From positions 20,475 to 54,825 of the forward strand of contig CAYSHS010000001.1 of assembly GCA_964430845.1 (NCBI GenBank): 34,351 nucleotides of DNA. The letters run 5' to 3'. The DNA is from an uncultured Pirellulales bacterium (GTDB taxonomy: Bacteria; Planctomycetota; Phycisphaerae; Sedimentisphaerales; Anaerobacaceae). Of this stretch, positions 17,735 to 26,518 are shown piece after piece (within the stretch, counting starts at the first letter, position 1; every line of letters begins with the position of its first letter). The notes under the pieces were generated by a model. It saw only the letters and a list, made by a program, of their open reading frames with translations. It was not told the origin of the DNA and ran no database searches. A program made the translations under genes and the position numbers.

Positions 17735-19093
17735 TTAATCCGGCTTATGGAAACGTTCGAGGTCTTTTGCCCTTTTAAGTGTATAAAACATTCTGAATTT
17801 ATGAGCTTTCATCGAGTCGAAGTCTGTCAGGACGGGACCATTTTTTGTAATCAGTATATTCGAGTGTTTTAAGTCGCCGTGTGTTATGAGAAAATCTCCC
17901 ATTTTATTAATAAGTTTTTCAACCTGGTTTTTAATTGAAATACGCTGGTTTTCGGAAATGCTTTTGTCGTTAAGAAAATTATAAAGATTTGGTCCATCAG
18001 CATACTCAGACACATAATACGAGCTCCATACGATAAATCCGCTGCGTTTTTCAATAAAAGCCAGGGGTTTCGGCGCAGGTATTCCCAGCATTATCAATCT
18101 TTGAGCGTGCAGCCATACACGAATTGCACGTGATTTTATTATAGTGTGTCGCAGTGAATGAATAAAACCCTTGTGATTATAGCGTTTAATCACTATATTT
18201 TTTTTATTCCATGTTAAATGAGAAACGAAGCAGGTATTGCCGTTTTTAAGAATGTGCCCCTTTGTCATTAAGCTGTCGATTTCGTTTATAAAGCCGGGAG
18301 CTTCAGCCTCTGTGCATAAAGATTTGTTAAATACGCCTGAAAAATTAGGAGTTTTAATTTGCAAAAAGCGTTTGCTTGTCCGCAGGCATTTTTTTAGTCC
18401 GTGCCTGATTCCTCTTTTTATCTGCAAACTAATTTGCTTTTGTATTAATCGCTCGTCAGGAGTTAGAAATTGCCGGCCGCGAGCCTGGAAATATTCTCTG
18501 CATAATATTTTTTTTGATTCGATATCATCATGGTTTAGGCACAGAAGCAGCATTGCTAAATTCGAAATGCTTTTCTTTTGAGGAACCGGATGTTTGAAAA
18601 ATTGCATTTGACCGGGATCAAGCGTGTATATTTTCCCTTCAGAAAGTATGAAATTTTCCAAATGGAAATCCTTCTGCAAAACACCTGATTTATGCTGTAA
18701 TGCCATCTCCCTGCAAATCATCGAGAGAAGATGGAGTTTCTTCTGTGAATCCTGGTAATTATTAAAAATTTCCAGTGCAGTTGACGAATATGTGATTTTT
18801 TTCTCAACAACGGCCCAATCGCCTTTTTCGGTTTGTCCGAAAAATAAAGGTTCAGGTATATTTATTTTCCTGTGAGAAAGCGCAGTCAGACCTTTCCATT
18901 CTCTTTTCACATGACGTTTGGCGCTTAATTTATGAGTAAATATTTTTACTATTACATTTCTATTGTTCCATGTGGCATCGAAGACTTCCCGCCTTCCGGG
19001 AACCGAGCGTAAAAGGGCACAGCATCTTATTGATTCGTTCCTTTTTTCCGGATAACTGCAATTTATTGAAAGTTGGAATGGCAACTCGCTCAT
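17735..19093 (-). CDS. Two-domain lipopolysaccharide kinase (Kdo/WaaP/RIO-like family), tandem duplication
   Basis: C-terminal half: IVIKRY, HGDLKHSNILI and LTDFD, the classic Kdo/WaaP-kinase catalytic motifs. N-terminal half: VIVKIF, QKDFHLENFIL and YTLDPG, a second more divergent kinase-like module. Confidence 0.7.
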   Translation of the reverse strand: MSELPFQLSINCSYPEKRNESIRCCALLRSVPGRREVFDATWNNRNVIVKIFTHKLSAKRHVKREWKGLTALSHRKINIPEPLFFGQTEKGDWAVVEKKITYSSTALEIFNNYQDSQKKLHLLSMICREMALQHKSGVLQKDFHLENFILSEGKIYTLDPGQMQFFKHPVPQKKSISNLAMLLLCLNHDDIESKKILCREYFQARGRQFLTPDERLIQKQISLQIKRGIRHGLKKCLRTSKRFLQIKTPNFSGVFNKSLCTEAEAPGFINEIDSLMTKGHILKNGNTCFVSHLTWNKKNIVIKRYNHKGFIHSLRHTIIKSRAIRVWLHAQRLIMLGIPAPKPLAFIEKRSGFIVWSSYYVSEYADGPNLYNFLNDKSISENQRISIKNQVEKLINKMGDFLITHGDLKHSNILITKNGPVLTDFDSMKAHKFRMFYTLKRAKDLERFHKPD

Positions 19094-19131
19094 ATTTCTC
19101 TTTTTTTGGTTACTGTTTTATTACGGTCTCT

Positions 19132-19995
19132 TTATGAACGATGCCCGATAATCGAAATACCCAGTTTATTGGCGAGCTTTATCGTATCAGGCTTGTCTAT
19201 TATGATGGTTTTTTCGGCTTCAATGACAAGGCATTTTGCCTTGTTTTGCGAGAGGCTGTTAATCGTGTCCGGCCCAACGCATGGCACGTCAAATCTCATA
19301 TCCTGCTGAGGTTTGGAGACCTTAAATAGCGTCCAGCCTCCTGATTTACAATATATGCCGGCTCGTTCAATCATAGCGGCTGTTCCTTCGATTGCCTCGA
19401 CTGCGATGACTTCTTTTTCTTTAACTGCGATTGCCTGCCCAATGTCCAACTCACCGAGCTTTTTAGCCATGTTCCAGCCGAATTCAATCTCACTTTGCGA
19501 CAATGGATTTTGTGATACATCCGTCATTATACCCAAAGTAGCCAAATGCTCCTTGCAATACATAGTCGAATCCTCCAGGATTATCCCTGCTGTTTCTAAC
19601 TCATCTGCCAAAGCTTTTAAAAGGGAATCGTTGAGTTTTGTTTTATCCCGCAGACGCCAGTAATATATTCGAAAAGCTCTCCAGTCAGGTAAATAGCGAA
19701 AGATTCGCCAGGGAGTAAAGAGCTTGCCCTTTTGAACTCTGCCAACCATGATAGTTTTTGTGACGCCATGTTTTTTTAGTTTTCTTATCCACGAGCCTGG
19801 CCTTGCAACAGCCGCGTTACGAAAAACATCAACTTGCTCGGCTAAACTGCTTTCGACTGCACCTGTCAGGCCGACACATATTACTTTTAAGCCTGCGTTT
19901 TTCGCTCCTTCGGCGATAAGAAAAGGTAATCTGCCTGAGCCGGCAATTAAGCCGAGAACTGCTTCTTTAACGAAGTTGCTGTCCTTTTTATCCAA
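19132..19995 (-). CDS. lpxI: UDP-2,3-diacylglucosamine pyrophosphatase LpxI (DUF1009)
   Basis: GLIAGSGRLPFLIAEGAKNAG at the N-terminus, LDIGQAIAVKEKEVIAVEAIEGTAAMIERAG and DVPCVGPDTI. Colinear with Caulobacter LpxI motifs. Confidence 0.85.
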   Translation of the reverse strand: MDKKDSNFVKEAVLGLIAGSGRLPFLIAEGAKNAGLKVICVGLTGAVESSLAEQVDVFRNAAVARPGSWIRKLKKHGVTKTIMVGRVQKGKLFTPWRIFRYLPDWRAFRIYYWRLRDKTKLNDSLLKALADELETAGIILEDSTMYCKEHLATLGIMTDVSQNPLSQSEIEFGWNMAKKLGELDIGQAIAVKEKEVIAVEAIEGTAAMIERAGIYCKSGGWTLFKVSKPQQDMRFDVPCVGPDTINSLSQNKAKCLVIEAEKTIIIDKPDTIKLANKLGISIIGHRS

Positions 19996-20021
19996 AGAAA
20001 TGCCTCGTTCGATATACTGAA

Positions 20022-21095
20022 TTACGGCTCATTATTTTGCTCGGTGTTCTGATCATAATCAGATTCCAGCAGCAGGGAAATTCGTTCAATCCGATTCTGC
20101 AGCTCCCGGATATGCTGCCGCATATCAGGAAGACTTTGAATCATGCTGTACGCACGACGAGCCGTTTCGGCTTCTATTGCAGGGGCGCCCATTACTACTT
20201 TATTGTCGGGGATATTGTTAATAACACCTGCCTGAGCTCCGATTGTAACATTATCCCCGATATTTATGTGACCGACTATACCGACCTGGCCTCCGATGAT
20301 GCAATTATTTCCAATTGTAGTGGAGCCGGCAACTCCAACCTGGGCGACAAGCAGGCAATATTGCCCGATTTTGGCGCCATGACCTATAGTAATAAGATCG
20401 CCTAACTTGCTGCCCTGACCTATGACAGTATCGCTCAGGGTTCCGCGTTCGATTCCGCAGCATACACCGATTTCAACGTCATCTTCAATAATAACGATAC
20501 CTTTCTGTGGGATTTTATAATGCATACCTTTATGAGTGGCGTAGCTGAATCCGTCCTCACCAATCGTTGTATTGGAATTGATAATAACTCGATTGCCAAT
20601 CTTACAGCCTTCGTATATTGTTACATTAGAATATATTATACTGTCATTACCGATTTGAACGTTCTGGCCTATGAATGTGCCCGGGTAAAGTATGCACCCA
20701 TCCTTGATTTTAGCTCCGTCAGATATTGTCACAAATTCGCTAATATGACAATCAGCGCCGATTTTGGCAGTATCAGCTATGGATGCTCGAGTGCTTATAC
20801 CTGCTTTTTTGTGTTTTCTATGACCGTGAAGCAATACCATTATCTGCATAAAGGCATAGTAAGGGTCATCAGCGATTAAAAATGATACGGAAGCGGTTGG
20901 AGTTTCCCTGCCCACAATCACTGCGCTTGCTTTTGTCGTCCATAACTGCTTTTCGTATTTGCGGTTGGCCAGGAAACTTATATCGCCGTTACCTGCTCGT
21001 CCAAGTGTCGAGGCGGACCTTATTATAACATCCGGATCGCCGCTTACTTTTCCACCAACATATTCTGCTAACTCACCCAGGGTTTTTTCCTGCAT
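20022..21095 (-). CDS. lpxD: UDP-3-O-acylglucosamine N-acyltransferase
   Basis: Typical N-terminal [42 protein letters not shown] followed by a left-handed beta-helix of hexapeptide repeats. I place the start at Met27 of the ORF (ATG at 21095). The longest ORF extends to 21173. Confidence 0.9.
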   Translation of the reverse strand: MQEKTLGELAEYVGGKVSGDPDVIIRSASTLGRAGNGDISFLANRKYEKQLWTTKASAVIVGRETPTASVSFLIADDPYYAFMQIMVLLHGHRKHKKAGISTRASIADTAKIGADCHISEFVTISDGAKIKDGCILYPGTFIGQNVQIGNDSIIYSNVTIYEGCKIGNRVIINSNTTIGEDGFSYATHKGMHYKIPQKGIVIIEDDVEIGVCCGIERGTLSDTVIGQGSKLGDLITIGHGAKIGQYCLLVAQVGVAGSTTIGNNCIIGGQVGIVGHINIGDNVTIGAQAGVINNIPDNKVVMGAPAIEAETARRAYSMIQSLPDMRQHIRELQNRIERISLLLESDYDQNTEQNNEP

Positions 21096-21228
21096 TGAAA
21101 TACCTTTATGAAAAAACTTCAAACCAAGCTCGACAGCTTTTCGGATAAGCTGCGAATACACATAAAACGGCATTATATCAGTAAATACTAACGCCGGTCA
21201 ACAATTCAATACGAGGTTCTTAAGTATT

Positions 21229-22302
21229 TCAGACGATGCAATGTAATATATCAGTTAATAAAACCTTCGTGATATCCTCTCGTAATTTTATAGAGGGTTT
21301 CTCTGAGAAATCTATATCGTTTTCAGTGAAAACTCTTACCTTTGGACCTACCGGCTTATACACGGCAGGATTTGTCGGCCCAAAAACAACAAATGTATTT
21401 ATTCCCATAGCTGCTGCTAAATGTGTGATTCCGCTGTCATTTCCTATAAAGGCGTCTGTACAGGTCAGGATTTTTAATACTTCTGTCAAAGGCAATTCCG
21501 CCAGGCATTTTGTTGCATTCGTCATGTTTTGGATAGTTTCGTTACTGAATCTTTCAAGCTCGGCCGGTCCCAGCAGGAATACTACCTGTGTATTTCTCGA
21601 ACGAAGCTCGCTCACAATGGATAAATAGTTTTCAACGTGCCAGCATTTGTTTAGCGCACCGCCGCCCGGCTGAATAACCACAAGTTTTTTTTGAGGCTCA
21701 AGGCCGAATTCCCATAACAGGTCTTTGCCTTTGGTAATATCTGTTTTTGTAGGTTTGATTTGACAGTCCATGTTCAAAATCCCCGGCGCTTCCAGCGATA
21801 TCCCGCATTGACTGCTAAATTGCCGTATAAAAGAGTCGGTAATATGTTCCGCAGGCTCTTCGCAGGATTGTGATGATAAAGTTATAACCTCCGAGTTATG
21901 ACTGCAGTTTGATGTAAATATAAGGTTTTTCTCGAAGTTGCCGTCCGGCTCACCTAAAAAAGTAATAATCCATGAATATTCAGAAAAAGTTTTTATAAGT
22001 GGATCTCTGTCGGCAAGAGTAAAATCTTTTGAGTCTATAAACAACCTGTGTAAATCAATCGAATCTATCGAGCTTATGCCGTCAATACATGTTCTGCCAG
22101 GGAAAATACCGATATACTCTGTATGCCCAAGAAAATCCAGACCGCCTAAATTAAGTGCGTTTTTCATAAAAGAAGCTAAAGGCAGAGTCAATATGCAATC
22201 GCCGATGGCTCCGGGCTGGATTATCAAAGCACGCTTTGTTTTAAGCTCGGCTTTAATGCTTTCAGCCATTAATAAATCCAAAATATTGCTTTCAGTCTGC
22301 AC
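21229..22302 (-). CDS. Glycosyltransferase family 9 (LPS heptosyltransferase-like)
   Basis: ALIIQPGAIGDCILTLP, VVIQPGGGALNKCW and IGNDSGITHLAAAMGINTFVVFGPTNP motifs of GT9. Confidence 0.85.
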   Translation of the reverse strand: MQTESNILDLLMAESIKAELKTKRALIIQPGAIGDCILTLPLASFMKNALNLGGLDFLGHTEYIGIFPGRTCIDGISSIDSIDLHRLFIDSKDFTLADRDPLIKTFSEYSWIITFLGEPDGNFEKNLIFTSNCSHNSEVITLSSQSCEEPAEHITDSFIRQFSSQCGISLEAPGILNMDCQIKPTKTDITKGKDLLWEFGLEPQKKLVVIQPGGGALNKCWHVENYLSIVSELRSRNTQVVFLLGPAELERFSNETIQNMTNATKCLAELPLTEVLKILTCTDAFIGNDSGITHLAAAMGINTFVVFGPTNPAVYKPVGPKVRVFTENDIDFSEKPSIKLREDITKVLLTDILHCIV

Positions 22303-22305
22303 TTT

Positions 22306-23910
22306 TTATAAACTTCTTTCTATAGCCTCAATTTGCTTCTGGCTTACCTCTACTCCTAATTCCTGGGCGATTTTTATGTGCTTCCATGCCTGGTCGTATT
22401 TCTTCAAATTATAAAAACAGACAGCCAGCCCGTAATGAGCATCTCCTATTTTCGGGTCAATTTCAATTGTTTTTTGATATGCGTCTGCCGCCTGCTTATA
22501 ATCTTTGAGGTTGGAGTAAGCTGCACCAAGATTATAGTAAATAGTTGCTTCATTGCCCTGTTTTTTAACAGCTTTTTTATACAATTCAATTGCTGCGGCA
22601 TATTTCTCCTGCTGAAAATACACGTTCCCCAAATTTACCATCGCGGCATAATTGTCAGGCTGGATGGATAAAAGCTTTTGATAAGCCGCAATTTCTTCGT
22701 CAACCTTATCCATTTTATTGTAACAAATAGCTATACCGTAATAGGATTCCGCAAGATTGGGTTTAATTTTCAAAGCCTTTTGATAAGAAGTTATAGCTTC
22801 GTTATAATTTTCCATCTTAAAATATACTTCGCCCATCTGGTTATAGGCATTTGTATTTTCAGGCTCGAGAAAAACTGCATCTTTTAATCTTAATATTGCA
22901 AGCGAGTACCTTTGTTGTGCACAATATGCGATAGCGAGATTGCGATAAGCATCCACGAAATTCGGGTCAAGCTTTATCGCTTCCAGATATTCCGAAACTG
23001 CAATGGTCGTTATTCCGTTATCAGAATATGCGTTTCCGAGATTATTATGTGTTTTAGCATCACTCGGATTGATTTTCAAAGCGGCCATGTACTCATTTAT
23101 AGCATTAGTAACCTGTCCTTTCCTGAGGTAAATATTTCCCAAATTTGCACGGGCTTCTGATAAAGTGGGATTAATCTCGATAGCTTTTTTTAAAACTGAA
23201 AAGGCGGATTCGAAATTACCTACATCGCTGTAGCTGTTGCCGAGATTATTTAAAAAACATCCCAAAGTTTGAAGCTTGTTCAAATTTTTCATATAGATAT
23301 TATTATTTTTATCCTTAGGAACCTTAAATCTTTCCATGTATTGCTCGTCCGTAGCGGTGCCGCCTTTGCTGGTGGTTTCAATATTGAATTTTGTTCTTCC
23401 GTCGTCGTACCTTACAAAAAAATGCCCGGGCACAACAACACCATATAAATCGATACCCAGGCGCTCTCCTATGGATAAATATAAAATAGATAAGCTGAGA
23501 CAATACCCGCGTTTTTTATCCAATACTGTATGAAGAAACAGGCTGTTAGGGTCGTTCGCTTCGGAAAGAGACTCGAATCCAAGCTCATCGAACAGATATT
23601 TGTTTATTTCAGGGATTGCCCTGTAATTTGCAGGAATTTTATCTTTGTTGAGCCTGTCGAGAATCTCCCTTGCCATATCATCCAGCATTGCGAGGTATTT
23701 CCGGCCATATACCATATCGCTCCAGTTCTCCGAAACTATCAAAGCGGCAGTCGCCAAATCAATTTCGTTTTCGCGGAGTCTAAGAACCTGGTCGAGCGAC
23801 CTTGCATACAGACCTGCTTTACCATCGTTGGCGAGAGACTTTTCGCGGCGTGCTGAAGCAGGCGAGGAAAATAAAAATATCAATATTATTATTGAAAAAC
23901 TCTTTTTCAT
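22306..23910 (-). CDS. Secreted transglutaminase-like (SirB1-type) domain protein with C-terminal TPR repeats
   Basis: Signal peptide MKKSFSIIILIFLFSSPASA and the core GYCLSLSILYLSIGERLGIDLYGVVVPGHFFVRY. About 9 TPR units follow (A..Y..AL.I.P). The stop lies 3 nt from the GT9 start. Confidence 0.75.
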   Translation of the reverse strand: MKKSFSIIILIFLFSSPASARREKSLANDGKAGLYARSLDQVLRLRENEIDLATAALIVSENWSDMVYGRKYLAMLDDMAREILDRLNKDKIPANYRAIPEINKYLFDELGFESLSEANDPNSLFLHTVLDKKRGYCLSLSILYLSIGERLGIDLYGVVVPGHFFVRYDDGRTKFNIETTSKGGTATDEQYMERFKVPKDKNNNIYMKNLNKLQTLGCFLNNLGNSYSDVGNFESAFSVLKKAIEINPTLSEARANLGNIYLRKGQVTNAINEYMAALKINPSDAKTHNNLGNAYSDNGITTIAVSEYLEAIKLDPNFVDAYRNLAIAYCAQQRYSLAILRLKDAVFLEPENTNAYNQMGEVYFKMENYNEAITSYQKALKIKPNLAESYYGIAICYNKMDKVDEEIAAYQKLLSIQPDNYAAMVNLGNVYFQQEKYAAAIELYKKAVKKQGNEATIYYNLGAAYSNLKDYKQAADAYQKTIEIDPKIGDAHYGLAVCFYNLKKYDQAWKHIKIAQELGVEVSQKQIEAIERSL

Positions 23911-24159
23911 CCGAATCTTTCAGATATATTTTATTTCTTTCTTATACTTTTGTAATAATATGATATAGAAAAACAATAAACATTTACAGCAATTAATAAT
24001 AACAATTTTCTGGCTGTCGGGCAAGCAAAGATTTATAAAATACTGCCTCATAGGAAGGAATTACTCTTCGTGCTACTATCCGTAAACTTTTTGTTTTTTT
24101 TTGAAAACGATGTTTATAACTTATTTGTGTTTGTGGTTTGTTTGGCCGGGTAAATTTTT

Positions 24160-24191
24160 AAAAATAGAAGGGCGGTTTTTACGCCGCCCTT
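24160..24191 (-). terminator. Rho-independent terminator of dnaK
   Basis: Minus-strand AAGGGCGG-CGTAAAAA-CCGCCCTT hairpin (24168-24175/24184-24191) followed by CTATTTTT. It lies about 45 nt after the dnaK stop. Confidence 0.7.
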
Positions 24192-24234
24192 TCACTTATG
24201 TTGGCAAAATACAACTTTCTAAACGACTTATTTT

Positions 24235-26166
24235 TTAATTGTCTTTGGCCTCGAATTCGGCGTCAATTACGTCGTCGCCGCCTTTTCTTTTAACGTCACT
24301 TTCCGGCGGCGGCGGTGGCGGAGTCTGCGATGCCTGTGCACCTGAAGCTGCCTGCTTTTTGGCTGCTTCCTCGTAAAGGACTTTTCCAAGCTCCTGGCTT
24401 ACAGTGCCAAGATTTTCGATTGCCTTCTTTATAGCATCTCCTTCATCGCCTTTTATCGCTTCCCTGAGGTTATTGACGGCGTTTTCTATCTTGCCTCGTA
24501 CGTCGGCTGAGACTTTCTCGCCATGCTCTTTGAGTGTTTTTTCAGTAGAGTAAATCAACTGGTCAGCCTGGTTCTTAAGGTCAACGACCTCGCGTTTCTT
24601 TTTATCTTCTGCGGCGTGACTTTCAGCTTCTTTTGTCATCCTGCCAATCTCGTCCTCGCTTAATCCTGAGCTGGATTTTATCTGGATTGACTGCTGTTTG
24701 CCTGTACCGAGGTCTTTGGCCGAGACATTCAGGATGCCGTTGGCATCAATATCGAAAGCGACCTCGATTTGCGGTATGCCGCGGGGAGCCGGTGGGATGT
24801 CTGCAAGCTGGAACCTGCCGAGCGTTCGATTATCACGCGCGAATTCTCTCTCACCCTGTAATACGTGAATATCGACCGTAGTCTGGCTGTCTGCTGCTGT
24901 CGAGAAGACTTCCTTCTTGCTTGTCGGAATCGTTGTGTTGCGGTCGATTAATCTTGTCATTACGCCTCCGAGCGTCTCTACACCAAGTGACAGGGGAGTG
25001 ACATCCAGCAGAAGTATGTCCTTTACACCTGCATCGCCTGCCAGGACTGCGCCCTGAACAGCGGCTCCTACTGCTACTACTTCGTCCGGATTTATGCTTT
25101 TATTCGGCTCTTTTTCGAAGATGTCCTTTGCAATCTGCTGGACTTTCGGAATACGTGTCGAGCCTCCCACGAGCAGAACTTCTGCAATGTCGTTTGGTCT
25201 TAATTTTGCATCTGCAAGAGCTTTTTTGCACGGCTCTTTAAGCCTGTCGAAAATCGGCTCGACAAGGGACTCGAATTTGCTGCGTGTTAGTGTAATCTGC
25301 AAGTGTTTCGGTCCTGTCGCATCTGCTGTAATAAACGGCAGGTTCACAGTGCTCTCGACCTGCGTGCTCAGCTCGCATTTTGCTTTTTCTGCCGCTTCTT
25401 TTAGACGCTGGTGAGCCATCGGGTCTTTACGCAGGTCAATACCTTCGGTTTTCTTGAACTCATCAGCCAGGTAATTAATCAAAACTGCATCGAGGTCATC
25501 TCCGCCCAGGTGAGTGTCACCATTGGTGCTTAGCACCTCGAATACGTTGTCGCCGATATCAAGAATTGAAATATCGAATGTGCCGCCGCCGAAATCGAAG
25601 ATAGCGACTTTTTCGTTCTTTTTCTTTTCGAGTCCATACGCAAGCGCAGCGGCCGTCGGCTCATTGATAATGCGCTCGACTTCAAGCCCCGAGATTTTGC
25701 CTGCGTCCTTTGTTGCCTGACGCTGTGAGTCGTTAAAATAAGCAGGCACGGTAATTACAGCTTTTGTTACTTTTTCGCCAAGATAATCTTCAGCAGTTTT
25801 TTTCAAATCCTGCAGAATCATTGCGGAAATCTCAGGCGGTGTATATTCCTTACCCCTGATATCGACCTTAACCAGCTCGTTTGCCGCTCCTGTAATTTTG
25901 TATGGAACGATTTTCTCCTCGGATGATACTTCGTTATGCCGGCGTCCCATGAAACGTTTAATCGAAAAAACCGTATTCTCAGGATTGGTCACCTGCTGGT
26001 GCCGGGCGATCTGTCCTACAAGCCTTTCGCCTTTATCAGTAAAGCCCACAACAGATGGTGTCAGTCTCGAGCCGGAAGAGTTGATAAGAACTTTCGGGGA
26101 AGAGCCTTCCATTACTGCTACCACTGAGTTTGTTGTTCCTAAATCTATTCCTATGATTTTAGCCAT
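24235..26166 (-). CDS. dnaK: Molecular chaperone DnaK (Hsp70)
   Basis: [34 protein letters not shown] and DFGGGTFD. Full-length colinearity with bacterial DnaK. Confidence 0.97.
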   Translation of the reverse strand: MAKIIGIDLGTTNSVVAVMEGSSPKVLINSSGSRLTPSVVGFTDKGERLVGQIARHQQVTNPENTVFSIKRFMGRRHNEVSSEEKIVPYKITGAANELVKVDIRGKEYTPPEISAMILQDLKKTAEDYLGEKVTKAVITVPAYFNDSQRQATKDAGKISGLEVERIINEPTAAALAYGLEKKKNEKVAIFDFGGGTFDISILDIGDNVFEVLSTNGDTHLGGDDLDAVLINYLADEFKKTEGIDLRKDPMAHQRLKEAAEKAKCELSTQVESTVNLPFITADATGPKHLQITLTRSKFESLVEPIFDRLKEPCKKALADAKLRPNDIAEVLLVGGSTRIPKVQQIAKDIFEKEPNKSINPDEVVAVGAAVQGAVLAGDAGVKDILLLDVTPLSLGVETLGGVMTRLIDRNTTIPTSKKEVFSTAADSQTTVDIHVLQGEREFARDNRTLGRFQLADIPPAPRGIPQIEVAFDIDANGILNVSAKDLGTGKQQSIQIKSSSGLSEDEIGRMTKEAESHAAEDKKKREVVDLKNQADQLIYSTEKTLKEHGEKVSADVRGKIENAVNNLREAIKGDEGDAIKKAIENLGTVSQELGKVLYEEAAKKQAASGAQASQTPPPPPPESDVKRKGGDDVIDAEFEAKDN

Positions 26167-26211
26167 TTTTATATTCCTTTCTCTGAAATTTCATTCATAT
26201 TCATTCTCAAG

Positions 26212-26229
26212 TTGCAAAATACGTGCCAG
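26212..26229 (-). promoter_or_regulatory. Sigma-54 (RpoN) -24/-12 promoter element upstream of dnaK
   Basis: The minus strand reads CTGGCACGTATTTTGCAA, an exact match to YTGGCACG-N4-TTGCW with canonical GG-to-GC spacing. The GC sits about 48 nt upstream of the dnaK ATG, with AAAGGA as SD in between. Confidence 0.55.
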
Positions 26230-26403
26230 TTGGGAGTATGTAAGGAAATAATGACTTATCTATTGTATATAAAAGAACTTACGGAAAATATTGAGGATTT
26301 TATAAACTTAAAAACCTGTTTTTTGTGCCATTTTGGCAGGTTTCTTTAAGAAAAGCGAGCTGATTAGAGAATATCAATACAAACCTGAATTACCAACAGG
26401 ATT

Positions 26404-26423
26404 TTTTGTAAAAGTTCAATTAC
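26404..26423 (-). repeat. Intergenic motif copy D (inverted): plus strand reads TTTTGTAAAAGTTCAATTAC
   Basis: It lies between the GH27 stop (26519) and the dnaK promoter region. Its reverse complement GTAATTGAACTTTTACAAAA matches copy A at 18 of 20 positions. Confidence 0.8.
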
Positions 26424-26518
26424 AAACCCTGCTTTCGCCGTTATCCGGCTTCGTGTAAAACTATGCCGGACACGTTTGTTGTTAATTTCGCCTATTAGGG
26501 TATAAAATGAATTTTACG

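Noticed and set aside
20022-21173. Longest-ORF start for lpxD at 21173
   Set aside because: The extra 26 residues ([26 protein letters not shown]) precede the canonical LpxD N-terminus. The ATG at 21095 gives a normal-length protein.
24124-24145. TTTGTG-TTTGTGG-TTTGTTTGG microrepeat downstream of the dnaK terminator
   Set aside because: It is a short low-complexity T/G run with no clear periodicity beyond three imperfect units. It is unlikely to be functional on this evidence.
24633-26251. Plus-strand ORFs overlapping dnaK (24633..24881, 25094..25414, 25514..25720, 25898..26251, 25936..26127)
   Set aside because: They are antisense to an unmistakable dnaK. Their open frames are explained by the codon bias of the opposite strand.
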